Positions 1 to 12,988 of a stretch of 64,000 bases of DNA are shown here, piece by piece. The stretch lies in the NCBI GenBank assembly GCA_000182565.2, contig KQ257461.1. One strand, given 5' to 3'. This DNA is from Spizellomyces punctatus DAOM BR117. Lineage: Eukaryota. The first letter of the stretch is position 1. Each line of letters opens with the position of its first letter. Made by a program: the position numbers and the translations under genes. The notes below the pieces were generated by a model. That model was not told the DNA's origin. It was given only the letters and a program-made list of their open reading frames with translations, and did not search any database.

Positions 1-281
1 CCCATTTCACACCTTTTTTGACTTTTAGCTTTCAAAGAGTTCATTCAAGAGAAATGACCTCACTGATTGGGGGGAAAAGCAAGGTAAGCAAGGTTTAAAC
101 GGGGGGGCTTTTGTTCAAAAGAGTTACTTTTTCCGCATTATTCCAGAGGAGCGATAAGTGTGTGCATAATGACATCAAAGCTACATTTATAAATAAAAAA
201 GGGCAGCGTTTCCTCTTTTTTGGCTATCTCTACGTTATCTACAGAGTTTATTATATTTCTTTTTTTTTTTTGGAATAAACA

Positions 282-3214
282 ATGCATGGCATTTTGAGCA
301 GACTTGTTGGCGCATTCACGCCCTCCACAACTCCCGCGGATGCACCCACAAGAAGAAACGCAACCATAACCGTAGACCAACTCGTGGAAGAATGGCACGA
401 CATTCTCTCCGCGCGCTCAAAAGTGTCCTACGAAAATATATCCCATCGAGAACTCTTTTACCGTCTTATGAATATTGAACTGTACCCAGATGCTCTCTAT
501 GCAGCTCGCGACTTTCTTCAGTCAAGACTTGAACAAGCCCTCGACGCAGCTGAAAAAGATGCACGAAACGAGGATCCATCCTCTTCCTTGGCCGCCGCAC
601 TGAAGGATGGATATTGTCCCAATACCTTGGAAAAGTACATGTTGAAATCGCACCAAACGACCATGGACGCGTTTCATGCGTACCGAAGAGAATGGGATGA
701 GAGGATGGGTGAAGGGGAGGGCATTGAGACTGCCAATAGAATGTTTCCCGACAGAGAGTTTGCTCGGTGGTGGCTAATTCAGAATGCTCCAACAAAGCTA
801 GTCGATGGAAGTTGGTAAGCATATCGAACTACAATCAAGGTGGTTTTCATATTGCTGAATTGTATAATCTTGGTCAACAGGCTGCAAAATGTTCTCAGTC
901 CAGAAACACCATCTGATCTACGCCGCTTCGCGCTGCCCTTGTATCAAACGTTTGCAGAAGAACTCGGGGAAGGACTTGCCGTACAGAATCACGTAAATGT
1001 TTACAATGTCTGTCTCTCCAGTGAAGGGTAAGTAGATTTCTTTTGTGCATTGGGGGCCCTTAACACGTAACGTTTCTGATATAAATTCGAACAGCATTCA
1101 TCTTCCCGATGCAAGCACACGAGCATTCGCCTATCACCCAGACATCCTTGACTCTGCATATGAGCGAGGCGTGGTTCAAATGGCTCTCGGTCAGTTTGCA
1201 GGCAATGCCATGTTTCCTGAAGTGATGGGATACAATTTTGGGTGCGTCGATGCATTTCATGTCTCCCACCAGTATTATGTTGGCTAAAACGACCTTGCTC
1301 TCAGATATGAGCAGCTTCCGTTACACCTCCTAGTAACCACCCACGAATTCCGACAAATGGGTATTGACTACAATTACTTTCAGCTGCATGTAACCATTGA
1401 TAATGCGGCAACTGGACATGCCCATATGGCGACAAAGGCTGTCATTGATTATCTAGATTATATCAAATGCACGCAGGGTGAAGAAGCGTAAGTAGCTGCA
1501 CTGCAACTGTCTTGGGCCGTCTTTTGTCTAATGTTTTCAATCTAGCATGCACAATCATTGGCGACGAATTCTTGCAGGATACTACCTAAGTGAATCCAAC
1601 CCTCTTAAAACGTCACTCGACACCCGTCGGGATGAACACCGTAAAAAGTACCAGCAACCCCAACCGCAAGATCAAACGTTCGAGACATATACGCAAGCCA
1701 TGCGCGCCATCCTTGAACAGAAATCGCCCTTTGCACATAAGATTCACTCCCCAGAAATCTGTCTTGGTGCCCTTCCACTAAGCACTTGGCTTGACCCCAA
1801 ACACATTTCCACCCGTTCGGCAGCGCTCGTCGAGGAGCTAGCCCGATCGCGGTGGGTGACACCAGGCAACCCTTCTGAAAGTGCTCTATTGAAAGACTTG
1901 TGCAGCTTTGGTGGAGGCATGTTTGGGGTTTTTACCAAGGAAGAAAGGAAGATTATCGAAGCTTGGATCAGAGGGCTCGCGGAACAGAGAGCTCAGGACG
2001 ATGGAACCAAAACATGTCCGATATCAAACGCAACTAGCGTTACCTCGAATGCTACCTGCCCTTTTACATCAAAACAATTCACACAAGCTCAAAATCCCCC
2101 TCCGACCGACAAGGAAATCGACGAGTCACTGAAAGCTATGTTGACCCTCATCAAGACCAAAGCACCTCTTGCGCGCAAAAGGCACGGTTCCATATCACTC
2201 ACCGACAGCAGCGGGCAAACCCGTCGGATTGACGACTGGTTCGACCATCCAGAAGGGCTCCTAGACGCCTTAAAGTCCAGCGGGTTTGTCTCGGGTGAAA
2301 TCAGTCGATTAGAAATGTCCATCAAGAAGGGAAGTGGGCGAATGGGTAGTTATTTTACGGACAGCGAGAGAAAAGTTGTCGAGAGATGGGTTAGGGCCGG
2401 GGCTCCCCTACCCCGCTATTCTTCTTCTACACTCTCACAAGAGGAAGGTGAAAGTAGACCGCAGCCAACATCAGCGCAAATCGCACCGGCCGCCGAAGTT
2501 CCATCCACAGATCCGACGGCTATCACTCTCGCCACAACCGTCATCGCCCATCACACTCAACCCACATTCAACGTACCACCCAAACCAACACCGTTCCATC
2601 TTCCTCTCCCTCCTAAAAACCTCCTCCCTCCAGAGATTCTCTACAAACTCTTGAAAACCACCACCCCTCTCTCACACCATCTGTCCTACATGCTCCTCCA
2701 AACACCACCAACTCTTACCTCAACACCCAAAACACCCATGACAACCCTCCCCCTCCTCCTCCTCCTTCCAACGGCCCCGCTTTCAAAACTCTTTTCACCC
2801 AAATCGCATCCCAAACCCCTCCAAACTGCCCTTTTGAATCTACATACCAATCTCCAACCCCTCGCTAGCATTATCGAAACGACTCTCAAACTGCTGAATG
2901 TGTATGAGCCCTATGACCTCGATACGGGGTATACTCTCCTTGCAAATTACGTGCTCGCAGTGGGGAATGTCGGAAATGCGCGGATGGACGACGTTATTTC
3001 TTGTACTAGATTTATGGTGGAAGATGTTTTACCGGTTTTTGTAGGATTTGTACCCAATGTAGGAACTTTGAAGCAAATGCAGTGTGGAAATATTGTTGGG
3101 GAGATTAATGAGTCGTGGAGGGAAGTGAAGAGAGTCTGGGGAAAGGAAATCGCCAGAGGCGTGCTTGGAGAGGTTTGGAAGTCGAGTGGAGGTGCCTATC
3201 AGCACAAAAACTAA
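282..3214 (+). CDS. Iron-containing redox enzyme family protein (heme-oxygenase-like diiron oxidase, HDO), 5 exons
   Basis: GT-AG introns at 815-880, 1028-1094, 1242-1304 and 1488-1545 join the ORFs in frame. The spliced protein has QNAPTKLVDGSWLQ, EELGEG..QNH, GYNFGYEQLPLHL and YFQLHVTIDNAATGH, which are the Glu/His metal-ligand helices of this family. Confidence 0.8.
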
Positions 3215-3394
3215 GTTACGGCAGCTGCACTATCTTGCTGCATCAAATGGAAAACATGGATATATCAATGTAATATATGTAATATCTTGGCTCATTGCCA
3301 GCAGAGTAGTAGCCTATACCCCGCAGTGCCCAAGATAGCAGACCTACTCTAATGATCCTACAACTCTATATACAACCCTATGCTGGCATCCCCA

Positions 3395-5738
3395 CTAATC
3401 ACCCTCTTCGCCGTCGTTACCCTCTTCCTCCCCGCTATCATTGCTACTATCATCCCCTTCACCGACACCCCCCAAAACACTCCCAACAACCCCAGCAGCC
3501 TCCGCAACGCCCTGCAATCCGCCCGGTAGGAACGGCGCCACATTACCCAAATGTCCAATAGCTTCGGCAGCCATAGAAATATAGTTTGTACTGGATGATA
3601 GGACATTAGAGAGATTCAATGCTGTTTTACAGCGGTCAGACGATGAGATGAGAGACATACGGTGGGGCAAAATTGACAATTGCAACATACCAACGCCAGA
3701 TACCACCAAACTTCCTACTCCAGCGACCACACCTCCCTCCACAGCCGCCCCAAACCCCTGACTCAATGCCTTGACAGCTTTGTTCTCGGCAATGGCATCC
3801 CCTCCTAGAGCACCTGCAGCGGTCGAAAGAAGTTGGCCAGTTGTGTACTTGTTGAGCAGATCGGCAGTTGTTTCCACGCGCATTTGTGTCGTCCCTGTTT
3901 TTTATAATTTGGACACGGTGTCATATATCCGTAAAGGTTTACGACCGTGAAACGTCAAGCATGACACTTACGCCTTCCAAATTTCCCAACCAATCCACCA
4001 CCAACCCCTCTCGCCACCGCTCCAGCTGTCGCCAACAGCCCAGCCATTTCGCCACCGCCCACAACCGCAACAGGTCCCGCAGCGACTTGTGCCGCATTTC
4101 CGAGATGCGAAATGGTTTCTCCAGCACGAGCAGCAAGTGTTTCGTAAAAAGAACGAGAAACGAGGAGAGTAGTCCTACGACGGGCAACTGCGCCCTTTTT
4201 GGGTTTTTTGGACCTCTTCTTGCCACTGGGTTTGAGCTTGGTGATGGTGCGTGCGGATTCATCGTCGGACCACTCATCTATCCAGAGGGTCTCGTCCGCA
4301 TCGAGGAAAATATCAGTGTCGTCATCATTGTCAGAATCTGCAGTATTCAAGTCCCGCTAAAGAAAAAACGTAATGTGAGATCCTGCGAAAATGGAAACCG
4401 CTCTACTACTTACATGTGCGTCCTTCTCTACCTCCTCCTCCTGATTTTGCTGTAACACACTCAGATTTTGCTCTGCTCTCCGCGTAATAACCGTGCCTCT
4501 TCGCACATCAGTAGACACTCTCCTCAAAGTCATTTTCCTGTCAACACCATCAACGTGTTCCAAAGGCTTCCTCATAATAGTCGCTGACCGAACCACCCTG
4601 GTAATTTTCCGTTGAAGCAATGGGGCATTCCGTTCTGAAGGTTCCTCAAAAGTCGATAACCGTCGCGTGGTTTTACGCGTAATAGTCACTCCACGGGTTG
4701 CAAGTATACACGAACCCCTTCGTATCGTACTTTTTCGCCGCAAAACGTCAGGTCCTGTGGGAATTTGCAATTCTGTCGAATTGGAGTGCTCTTCATCGAC
4801 CCATGCCTTATCATCAACGTCAAAAAACTCTTCGTCTTCGCTTTCCTCTGGGTTTTCCACCTTCCACCCTTCTCCAGTCTCATTTAACTGTCGACCTCCG
4901 TTCAATGCACGCATCAGCTCTTCCTCGTTCGTCACAACAAGTGTCTGTCGTCTAGATAGTGATGGTCTCGCGGGGAAGGCTGTGACGCTCCGGACGACCC
5001 TTCTGGACATTGGAGACGGACTACGTGAACCACTCGAGAAAGATTGCGGGGAGGACGGTGTCAAAAGCTCTCCCCCCTAGAATTGAGATAGTCAATCAAC
5101 AGTTTTCAAGGTATCTTGCAACTTGTGGCGGCATACATACTAGTCGTCTTCCTCTTGTCCCATTTCGTGTCGGACGGGATCTCGGCAATTGAAAGTCCAA
5201 ATCAAGTGCAACCATATCCTCCATCCCGGGTTTCTCCACACGACAATCGACCTGGTGAAAACGAACACTTTTGGAGCGCGGTAGAGAAGAAAAGGTCCTG
5301 TCGGCTGGCGTAAGGTTGATGGAAGGTACGGGGTTGTTGGGTATCTAATGCACCATTAAGTAAGCGCTGGTTTCCTGAAACCTAACCTCTCCATTTCCTC
5401 TCGGTACTGACCTGTACCTCCTCGATACGCTCTGCAGACTTTGACAAAACCTCGGGTTCCAGCCCAGACGCTACGTCTTCGTTCCCTCTCTCACCTAAAC
5501 CAAAAAGCAAGGGCAAAGCACGTGGTCAACTAAAACCATAACAATACTAAATGAATTCAAAGTCATTGACAAGATGCTCACCTATGCCGTCCTTGAACCT
5601 CCTAACCACAGCGTGCGCCCTCGTCAGGCGCTTGAACGCATTACGCTGGAGGCCATTCGGTCCAGGTGATATATCCTCTAGTTCCTCTTCTTCAATGTCA
5701 GGTGGAGAATGAGAAGGATAGAGGGTTGGTTGTGTCAT
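3395..5738 (-). CDS. Uncharacterised 6-exon protein: disordered, Arg-rich middle region, acidic FFAT-like motifs, Gly/Ala-rich hydrophobic C-terminus
   Basis: Five GT-AG introns (approx. 5581-5495, 5411-5345, 5140-5077, 4413-4357, 3971-3895) join ORFs 5547-5738, 4357-5064, 3955-4350 and 3395-3883 in one frame. Confidence 0.7.
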
Positions 5739-6060
5739 TGGGAAACACTAATGCCCCTGCTGTCGCGCAGGAAAGAAGGGGTGCGGAGGATCTTTGAAAG
5801 ATTCAACGGGTTGCTGACGAAATTCGCTTGAGCCTCGGCACGTGATGTTCTATAGTGTCCGATTGAAGTGTTCTTTATTTTTACTTTGACATACAGTGCT
5901 GCAAAGCAAGAAATAAAAGGAAACCATCGTTCAGCATAGTTGCTTCATCCGTCAAAAATGACAGCCTCGTCCGTATGGCATTAATTGCAGAGTTTACACC
6001 ACATTCCACAGCAAAAGATATCTCAACGTTCGCAGTAAACTACATCCGTATTCCCTCCTT

Positions 6061-9000
6061 TTAAGCATAGTAACTAGGTGAAATTAACAGATCCGACAGA
6101 ACCCCACGTTGCTCCTCGGTAAATGCCAGCATGTCTTCATGCCAATTATCTTGATGGGTTCTCCGGAAATCCGAAAAGAGCTTTTGAACCGACACCTGTA
6201 ACAGACAACTGTCAAGGACACGACAAACAAAATGCTCAAAGGAGAAACCAAATTTGTCTTACCCCAACAGGAGCTGGATCTCCCACACTTCTCGCGAGGA
6301 GAACAAGCACATCCGGCATCCACTTTGGGACTTCATACGGAAATGCCTGCACCAAGGCGGATAACCCAAGCACTGCCGCGTGTCTCTTTGCAAGCAACAG
6401 CTGTTGCTGCTGCTGTTGACCTGATGTCAAAGTAGGAGGTTCTTGTCCTCTACGCCGTCGGGGAAGGGAACTTGCAGAAAGTTGACCTTCAAATCGTGTC
6501 TGAAACAGGAAAATGATGAATTAGTTGGTCGAGGAACTGGACAAGCCAACAAAAATGTGGTCCGCACCTTCAATTCCAAAACCGCCTCCCTTTGCGAGCA
6601 TCTAATCAATCCCGATAAAGTAACAGAAGCCAACTGCCTGACTTCCACTTGTGCATCCTCTAACAATCTCGATACACTTTCTACAACTCTTCTGACCACA
6701 TCTCCATCCAGCAAGAATAAATGTCTAAAATAAAAGACCTGCAGTGTCGGTAGCACCCGCCAGCGGACCTGCCATCGTTTGGTCGCTGATTCTGATGGCG
6801 AGTCGCGACCAGTGACAGTCCCCTCGGTACCAGCTTTCAGTAGCATCTCCACAGTATTGGGTACCATTTCCTGCGGATGGGGTGTGTTGGCGTACATTTG
6901 GGCAACCGCTTTGGCGCTTGCCTGGAGGTCCTGATCGGCATGCACTTGCATTTGCAACAGTTCGGGAACCAGGTATGGAAGATAAGGATACAGTCCCGCA
7001 ACACGCGATGTCATGATAGCATCCGACAGCCACGACATTACTAGTCAGAACGATCGAGTCAGCTATAATTGTACCAGTGGGACGATGAAAAAAACGACAC
7101 ACGAGATTCACGGTACTCACCCGTCATTCCCGCATTTTTATAGTCCACCGCATCTTCCTGCGCATTCTCCTCTGCTCTCAACTTCCTCAATTCCCCAACA
7201 ACTCTCTCCATCAAAGCCTGGCCTTCGTCATCCACCTTTGTAGGTACCGCTGCAGAGCCGTCGATAACTCGGGCGACCACATCCTCAACCGATCGTGCAC
7301 CAACGTACCACTTGATTTGCAACATGGAGTTTATACTTGCCCCCAAATTCTGTCTAACCTGCTCATAGGGATGGTGGATGGCTGAGAGGTATGTATCTAG
7401 CAGTGGATCAATAACTGGGGTAAGCCGCCAGTTGAAGATGGAGAACAGAGTTCGAATGTTGCTGAGTTTCTTGGATTCCGTGAAGAACGACTGCGAAGCA
7501 GGGTCAAAAGTCTGGGAAAAGATGATGTCGAGAAGAGGCCGTACGCGGCGAGGATCGCGGCCAGTCTGTAGAGCCCATAGCAATGAATACAATGCATCAC
7601 GCGCAACCTTTAAAAACCAAACTTACACAAATGAATCTGATAGACGTGCTCCATAAGAGATAACTTTCCGGATTGGCGACTGCCAACCCACTTGCTATCA
7701 CTTTGCCCACCCACTGCCAGAGCTTTTCTTGCTTGTTCCAGTCCCAATATTTTGCGCCCCGTACTATACCCCCAATCGCCTCGGCCACCGCCCTTTGTTT
7801 CGCTTTGTCTCCGCTTTCCTTTATCAAGTCCTCTAAAATGGGTTGCACGGATGCTACTGGTCGGTCTTCCAAGATTGTGAAAGCACACTGATAGAACATT
7901 GCTGCGTGAGGATTAAATCGCTCGGCGGGCGCGATACCCCGGGCGGCTTCAGAGGGATTGATGCGTGACGTTGCTTCCTCAGAACGATAGCGGAAGAAGG
8001 CGCGCCAAAATTCGGACGACGCAAGTTCTGACAAGAGCAGCTGCATGGTTTCTGGCGAATCAAGATCATTGTATGGTACAGTATCACTTGTCCGCGATGA
8101 AGCACCCTTGACGATCTTATACTTGGCTGGCCAGCAATACCATCCCACGTTTGAACTGTCCTGGAATTCGGTCGCGGTCCATGCGTCATCACCTTGAACC
8201 GTTTCTACACTCTTTCGCAAAAATTCTTGCGTATCCGCTGGACTAACACCCCCGGGGCCAGCCTTCACCCTTTTTCGGAACTCATTCGACGGAGTCTTGC
8301 CAACCTCTTTTGCTCTTCGCTTAATGATAACCAAAATCTTGCTCAACAATTTCAGGGAAATCTTTCTTATTGTGAGCTCTTCCGAATTCACACCGGTCAA
8401 TGCTAACCGAGTGACTTCGACGGGGATAGGTTCATCCTCTCGTAGCGTCAGTTCAAGAAAGGTTACAGTCATTGTGCGATAGCTCACAGGAAGGCTTTCA
8501 GTTCTTAAAATATCAACCAACTCAGAGATCTAGGTGGTAGTCTGTCAGGTACGGCAATTTGCAGCTGACGACACCGCCGCTTCCTGGTATGTTAAATATA
8601 CTTACCATACTCTTGTATTCCTCCCGATCACGATGTGATCGGTTTGACGCCTGCTTCTTTCTCTTTTCAACATCCGCTGCCACAGACTCCCTTCCAACTA
8701 GTTTCTTAGCCGCACTCTGAGCGTTCACCGATACATCCGTTCCAATTGCAATGTCTTGGAACTGGGTCAATATTTCTTTGGAAATAAGGGTCCACCTCTT
8801 CTGGATAGATGGCTGTGGGAAAGTATAATCATGTTAATGATCACAAATTCGAGTATCATCACCGCATATTCAATCGCGCACCTTGTCCGCAACATGCGTT
8901 CGCGTCAGAGCCAGCAACATTCCTCGCAAAAACTCATAGTTCCTCAATGACAAATCCAGCATAGCGGAGCTCTTCAAGACATAAAGCGCACCCTTCATCC

Positions 9001-12000
9001 TATCAGCATCCTCCTCCCCCTCCCCGCCATTACGGACATGTTTTTCGAGCTTTTGACTCAAGAATGCGTTCATCAGCTCCCACTTTCCTGCACTCTCCAC
9101 CATTTTGACAGCCTCCCAAAACACTCTCTTCTTCAAGCCTCCTCCGAAACACCGAACGACAGGACTCAATACACGCTGCGCTTCCTTCCTGACCACGGCA
9201 TATCTTCCGAAACACCAATAAACAATTTCCTCTACAGCCGCATCTGATATTTCGCTTCGCGTCTGCTGCGATGCATTGTAATGTAATCTAGCAACATGAA
9301 TTGTACACGCTCTGGTGATTAAAGTGTACCGCGGTAGATGACCGCGAGCAAGGTCCTTGCTGCCTGCAATAGTAATCTTCATGTACTTGTACAATCTGAC
9401 AAGATTCTCATAAGCATTTCGATTGGTGCCACGGTCGGTGAGGTAGATTTGTATGCAGCGCAAAAGCTGCTTTACACTTTCAGTGTCATCCTCTTGGTGA
9501 GTGCGGAAAAATACGGATGCGTCCCTCATAAATCGGCCAATGTCATCCCGTAGCCTTTGAACTGTTGAATATCTTGGATCGTCCGGATTAGAGAAACAGT
9601 ATGCGGCTGCCAAGGGTCGCTTGCGTTGACGAGCGTCGTCCTCTTCGTACGCTTCAACAGCTGGCGCGTCGCCATCAACATCCATAGCGTCCACAATTCT
9701 GCCTTCACAGCTCGCAGGTGGCACCAGGCAAGTCATTCCCCTCAAGCAGTTCCTCAAGAGCGACAGCCATCTTTGAAACTCGGATGAAAACTCGCGTTGG
9801 TCTCTGTGATGTCCGGCAGCCTCCGCCTCCCGAATTAGTGTCGTCATTTTCTCGAGCGCAAGGGGAACAAACTCAGTGACGAGCTCCACCACGAATGCTA
9901 ATTCCTCCTCGTCGGGAACATGCCAATCGATATCCAGGTTACGAGGATCCCCAGGCATTCCCCAATACTTGTGACTGTTGTTTATAAAATCTATCACGAA
10001 AGTAAATAAAGCGCATCAACCATAGCATAAGTCCCTCGTAGACTCACCAGGATCATTCCACGCGTGCTTCCCATGACTTCTCGCCTCGAGCGGGTATATC
10101 GTGCTCGCATTCAGCATCATAAACCTCACCAGTTTCCCGGCCCATTTGTATCCCCTCCGTGCACGCGTACGCGCTAGTGTCTCTCGCGCGATTTCCAACA
10201 GCGTATCCTTGTGTTGCAGCATGTCCTTTCCGCTCTTGATCAGTACACTGTACAAGATACATTGATACCAATGCAAACTGGCATCTGACATGGCAGCAAA
10301 CCCAAACGGGTGTCCCGATGAGGAGTAAGCGGATGAAGGTTGAGAACCTGCCCCATGCTCCAGTTCAGTCAGAATGCGGTCACGGCAGAGTGGTACAAAT
10401 GTGGCAAGACGGGTTGCTGGGGCGCCAGTTACAGAACAGAACATTCCTATCCGAATGATATTAAATGGCGGTTCATTCCAAACTCTTGTAAGGGATCACC
10501 TACCAATAGCTTTGGTAGCATTAGGAATGACATTTTCGGACACAAAATTGCTCACTTTGCGCAAGGCAATCGATTCAATATCCGGTGACATTTGTGTAAA
10601 TAATAGCTCGCCAGTGAACTAAAAGATTCAGGTGTCGATTAGGTTCTTCCGCACATGTTAGCAAACGCAGTATGCCGTTGCCCCAGGTTTCACTTTGACT
10701 GCTTACCTGTACTATCAAAATCAGCGACGACTCTAGAGAGCCTTTGCTTTTGACATTGCCATGTTGTTGAGGCAAGTTTTCAAACTGATACCATGAGACA
10801 AGTATAAGTTGAATGGAAATGTGCTCACGGTAAGCAAGATTGACGCAACGCAATTTACCATGACAAAGACTCTCTCAAAGAATCGTCCAATCCAATCCTC
10901 GAAAACAGCAGTGCCCATTCGACACATCTCATCTTCCTCGTCCACGTCCACATCCATGCCACTAGTCTCAGCAAGATCAGCCCCCATATCCACCTCGATC
11001 ATATTAACTGGGCGATCAGCTGGCTGGGTCTGTCCACCGGGCCCTCGGTTCCGCTTAGTCAAATCAATTAGTGGAGTACATGCAATCGCATGACGGATGA
11101 AAAGGAGTGTGACAGAGGTCTTGGTGGGATCATTTACATCAATGCCTGGGATAGCCAAATCCAGGAGAGCTGGGAGGTGTCGGCCTCCTTGGGGATAGTG
11201 CTTGCGATTAAAAAGTGGAAGGACCACATTGTACAAGGCTCCCAAGCAACTAATCGTGCGGTGATTCTAAGGCAATATATGGGCAAACTATAATTAACAA
11301 TCATAATCATCATGTCAACATTGTCTATACCAGGCTCGTACCTCTGTTAACGTCTCCAATGCCGGATAGATCCTGTCTAGCAGCCCAGGAAGGATAGACT
11401 CTGGATGAATCCACGCCAAGTATTTTAGAGCACTATGGGTGCTATTTACAGATAACGGATCCTTCCCAAACATTGAGAGGTAGGCTACTGGTCGCAAAAG
11501 AACCACAAATTCCTTTCGCATGGCGGGGGTGATACGATAAGCCACGGGGGTCTTACAATCCGGTTCAGACTCTGTTAGGGCCACGACACAATTAAATAAT
11601 CGACTTTATACATATCCTACAGAAACAGGTCATACCTTGCTTGAGCCTTTTCATGAACTGATAAGCCAACATTTGCAAGAGTCTCGTCAACATAAACGAC
11701 CATCTTCCATAATTCGACGGGTGGAAGTAGCTTTCGATAGCCTGTATCATCTCCGCCAGATGCTGCATACTTTTGGTCTGAGGTGGAGGCGGCACGTTAC
11801 CATCCCCTTCCGGACCATTCTCGGGAAACATGGTCCAAACAATGAATGCCGCAAACGGGTCCACACCCCCCTTTTGTCCAAAGATATCACCAGAGCCAGT
11901 CATGAGTAATGCTCCTAAGCTTGCAACACCGGGACTGCCCATATTTCCAGTAGATAGGCCATTCGTTCCGCTTCCCACTGGTAGATTCAAGTTTCCTAGT

Positions 12001-12988
12001 CCCGCGGAGAAGACCTGTCGAATTTGGTCCTGGGTCCAACCAACATTTGAGGGACAATGTATTTGTGCTTCCGCTAACCTCCCCAGGATATCAATAAATA
12101 GCGAGGCATCGCCTGATGATGGTCGCAACAGTGACCAGAGGTTAAAAATGGTCGGTACCCAATAAAATACTGGAGGGGCCGGATCAGTTGGCAGACCGGC
12201 CATCAACGGCGGAGGAGTATCGACAGGTAAGAAGATCGTCAACATGGCTTTCGTAATAGAGAACTGCATATTATCATGCACGTTAACTTGAGGAAGGAAC
12301 TGTGGGNNNNNNNNNNNNNNNNNNNNNNNNNNNNNNNNNNNNNNNNNNNNNNNNNNNNNNNNNNNNNNNNNNNNNNNNNNNNNNNNNNNNNNNNNNNNNN
12401 NNNNNNNNNNNNNNNNNNNNNNNNNNNNNNNNNNNNNNNNNNNNNNNNNNNNNNNNNNNNNNNNNNNNNNNNNNNNNNNNNNNNNNNNNNNNNNNNNNNN
12501 NNNNNNNNNNNNNNNNNNNNNNNNNNNNNNNNNNNNNNNNNNNNNNNNNNNNNNNNNNNNNNNNNNNNNNNNNNNNNNNNNNNNNNTAAACATCAACTCA
12601 CTTGAGCAGCTTTCCACAAAGTGTCGCAAACCGCTCTACCAAATTCGCATCCATGTCAGGGATGATGACAAGCTCGTAGAGCACCAGCGCGAAATGCACA
12701 CGGTCATCAGTGGAAAGGCGATACTTGAGTTCAAGGTACCTACAGAGGAAAACCATTAGCACCTTGTCTAGATCACGTGACCTTTCGGAACCCAACGAAC
12801 GCACATCTTGCGGGCTCAAAGACTCACGTTTTCAACTTTCGCACCCATATCAAACAGCCTGGAGCATAATCCCCAACTTCAACCGCTGCCGCCAGGCCCT
12901 CTTTAATCTCCCTCAGTAAGATCTCGCCATCCGCGTCCGTATCATACGGGAGAGACGCCCGCCAGTTGACGGGGTCGTAGAGTACCAT
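6061..12988 (-). CDS. BLM10: Proteasome activator Blm10/PA200 (PSME4), multi-exon
   Basis: Motifs IESYFHPSNYGRW, LAIPGIDVNDPTKT, QVEVRQLASVTLSGL and ALVQAFPYEVPKWMP. The C-terminus reads LLISPSYYA* (HbYX gate-opening motif) ending at 6061. Probable ATG at 12988 (MVLYDP). Confidence 0.93.
12307..12586. other. Assembly gap (280 N) inside the Blm10 gene
   Basis: Run of n characters. Confidence 1.

Noticed and set aside
282..3214. HDO enzyme as the biliverdin-producing heme oxygenase for the nearby phytochrome
   Set aside because: The motifs are those of diiron HDOs, which share the fold but do not degrade heme, and the gene is about 15 kb away with unrelated genes between.
11592..12629. ORFs with long X runs
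   Set aside because: Artefacts of the N gap; the real part belongs to Blm10.
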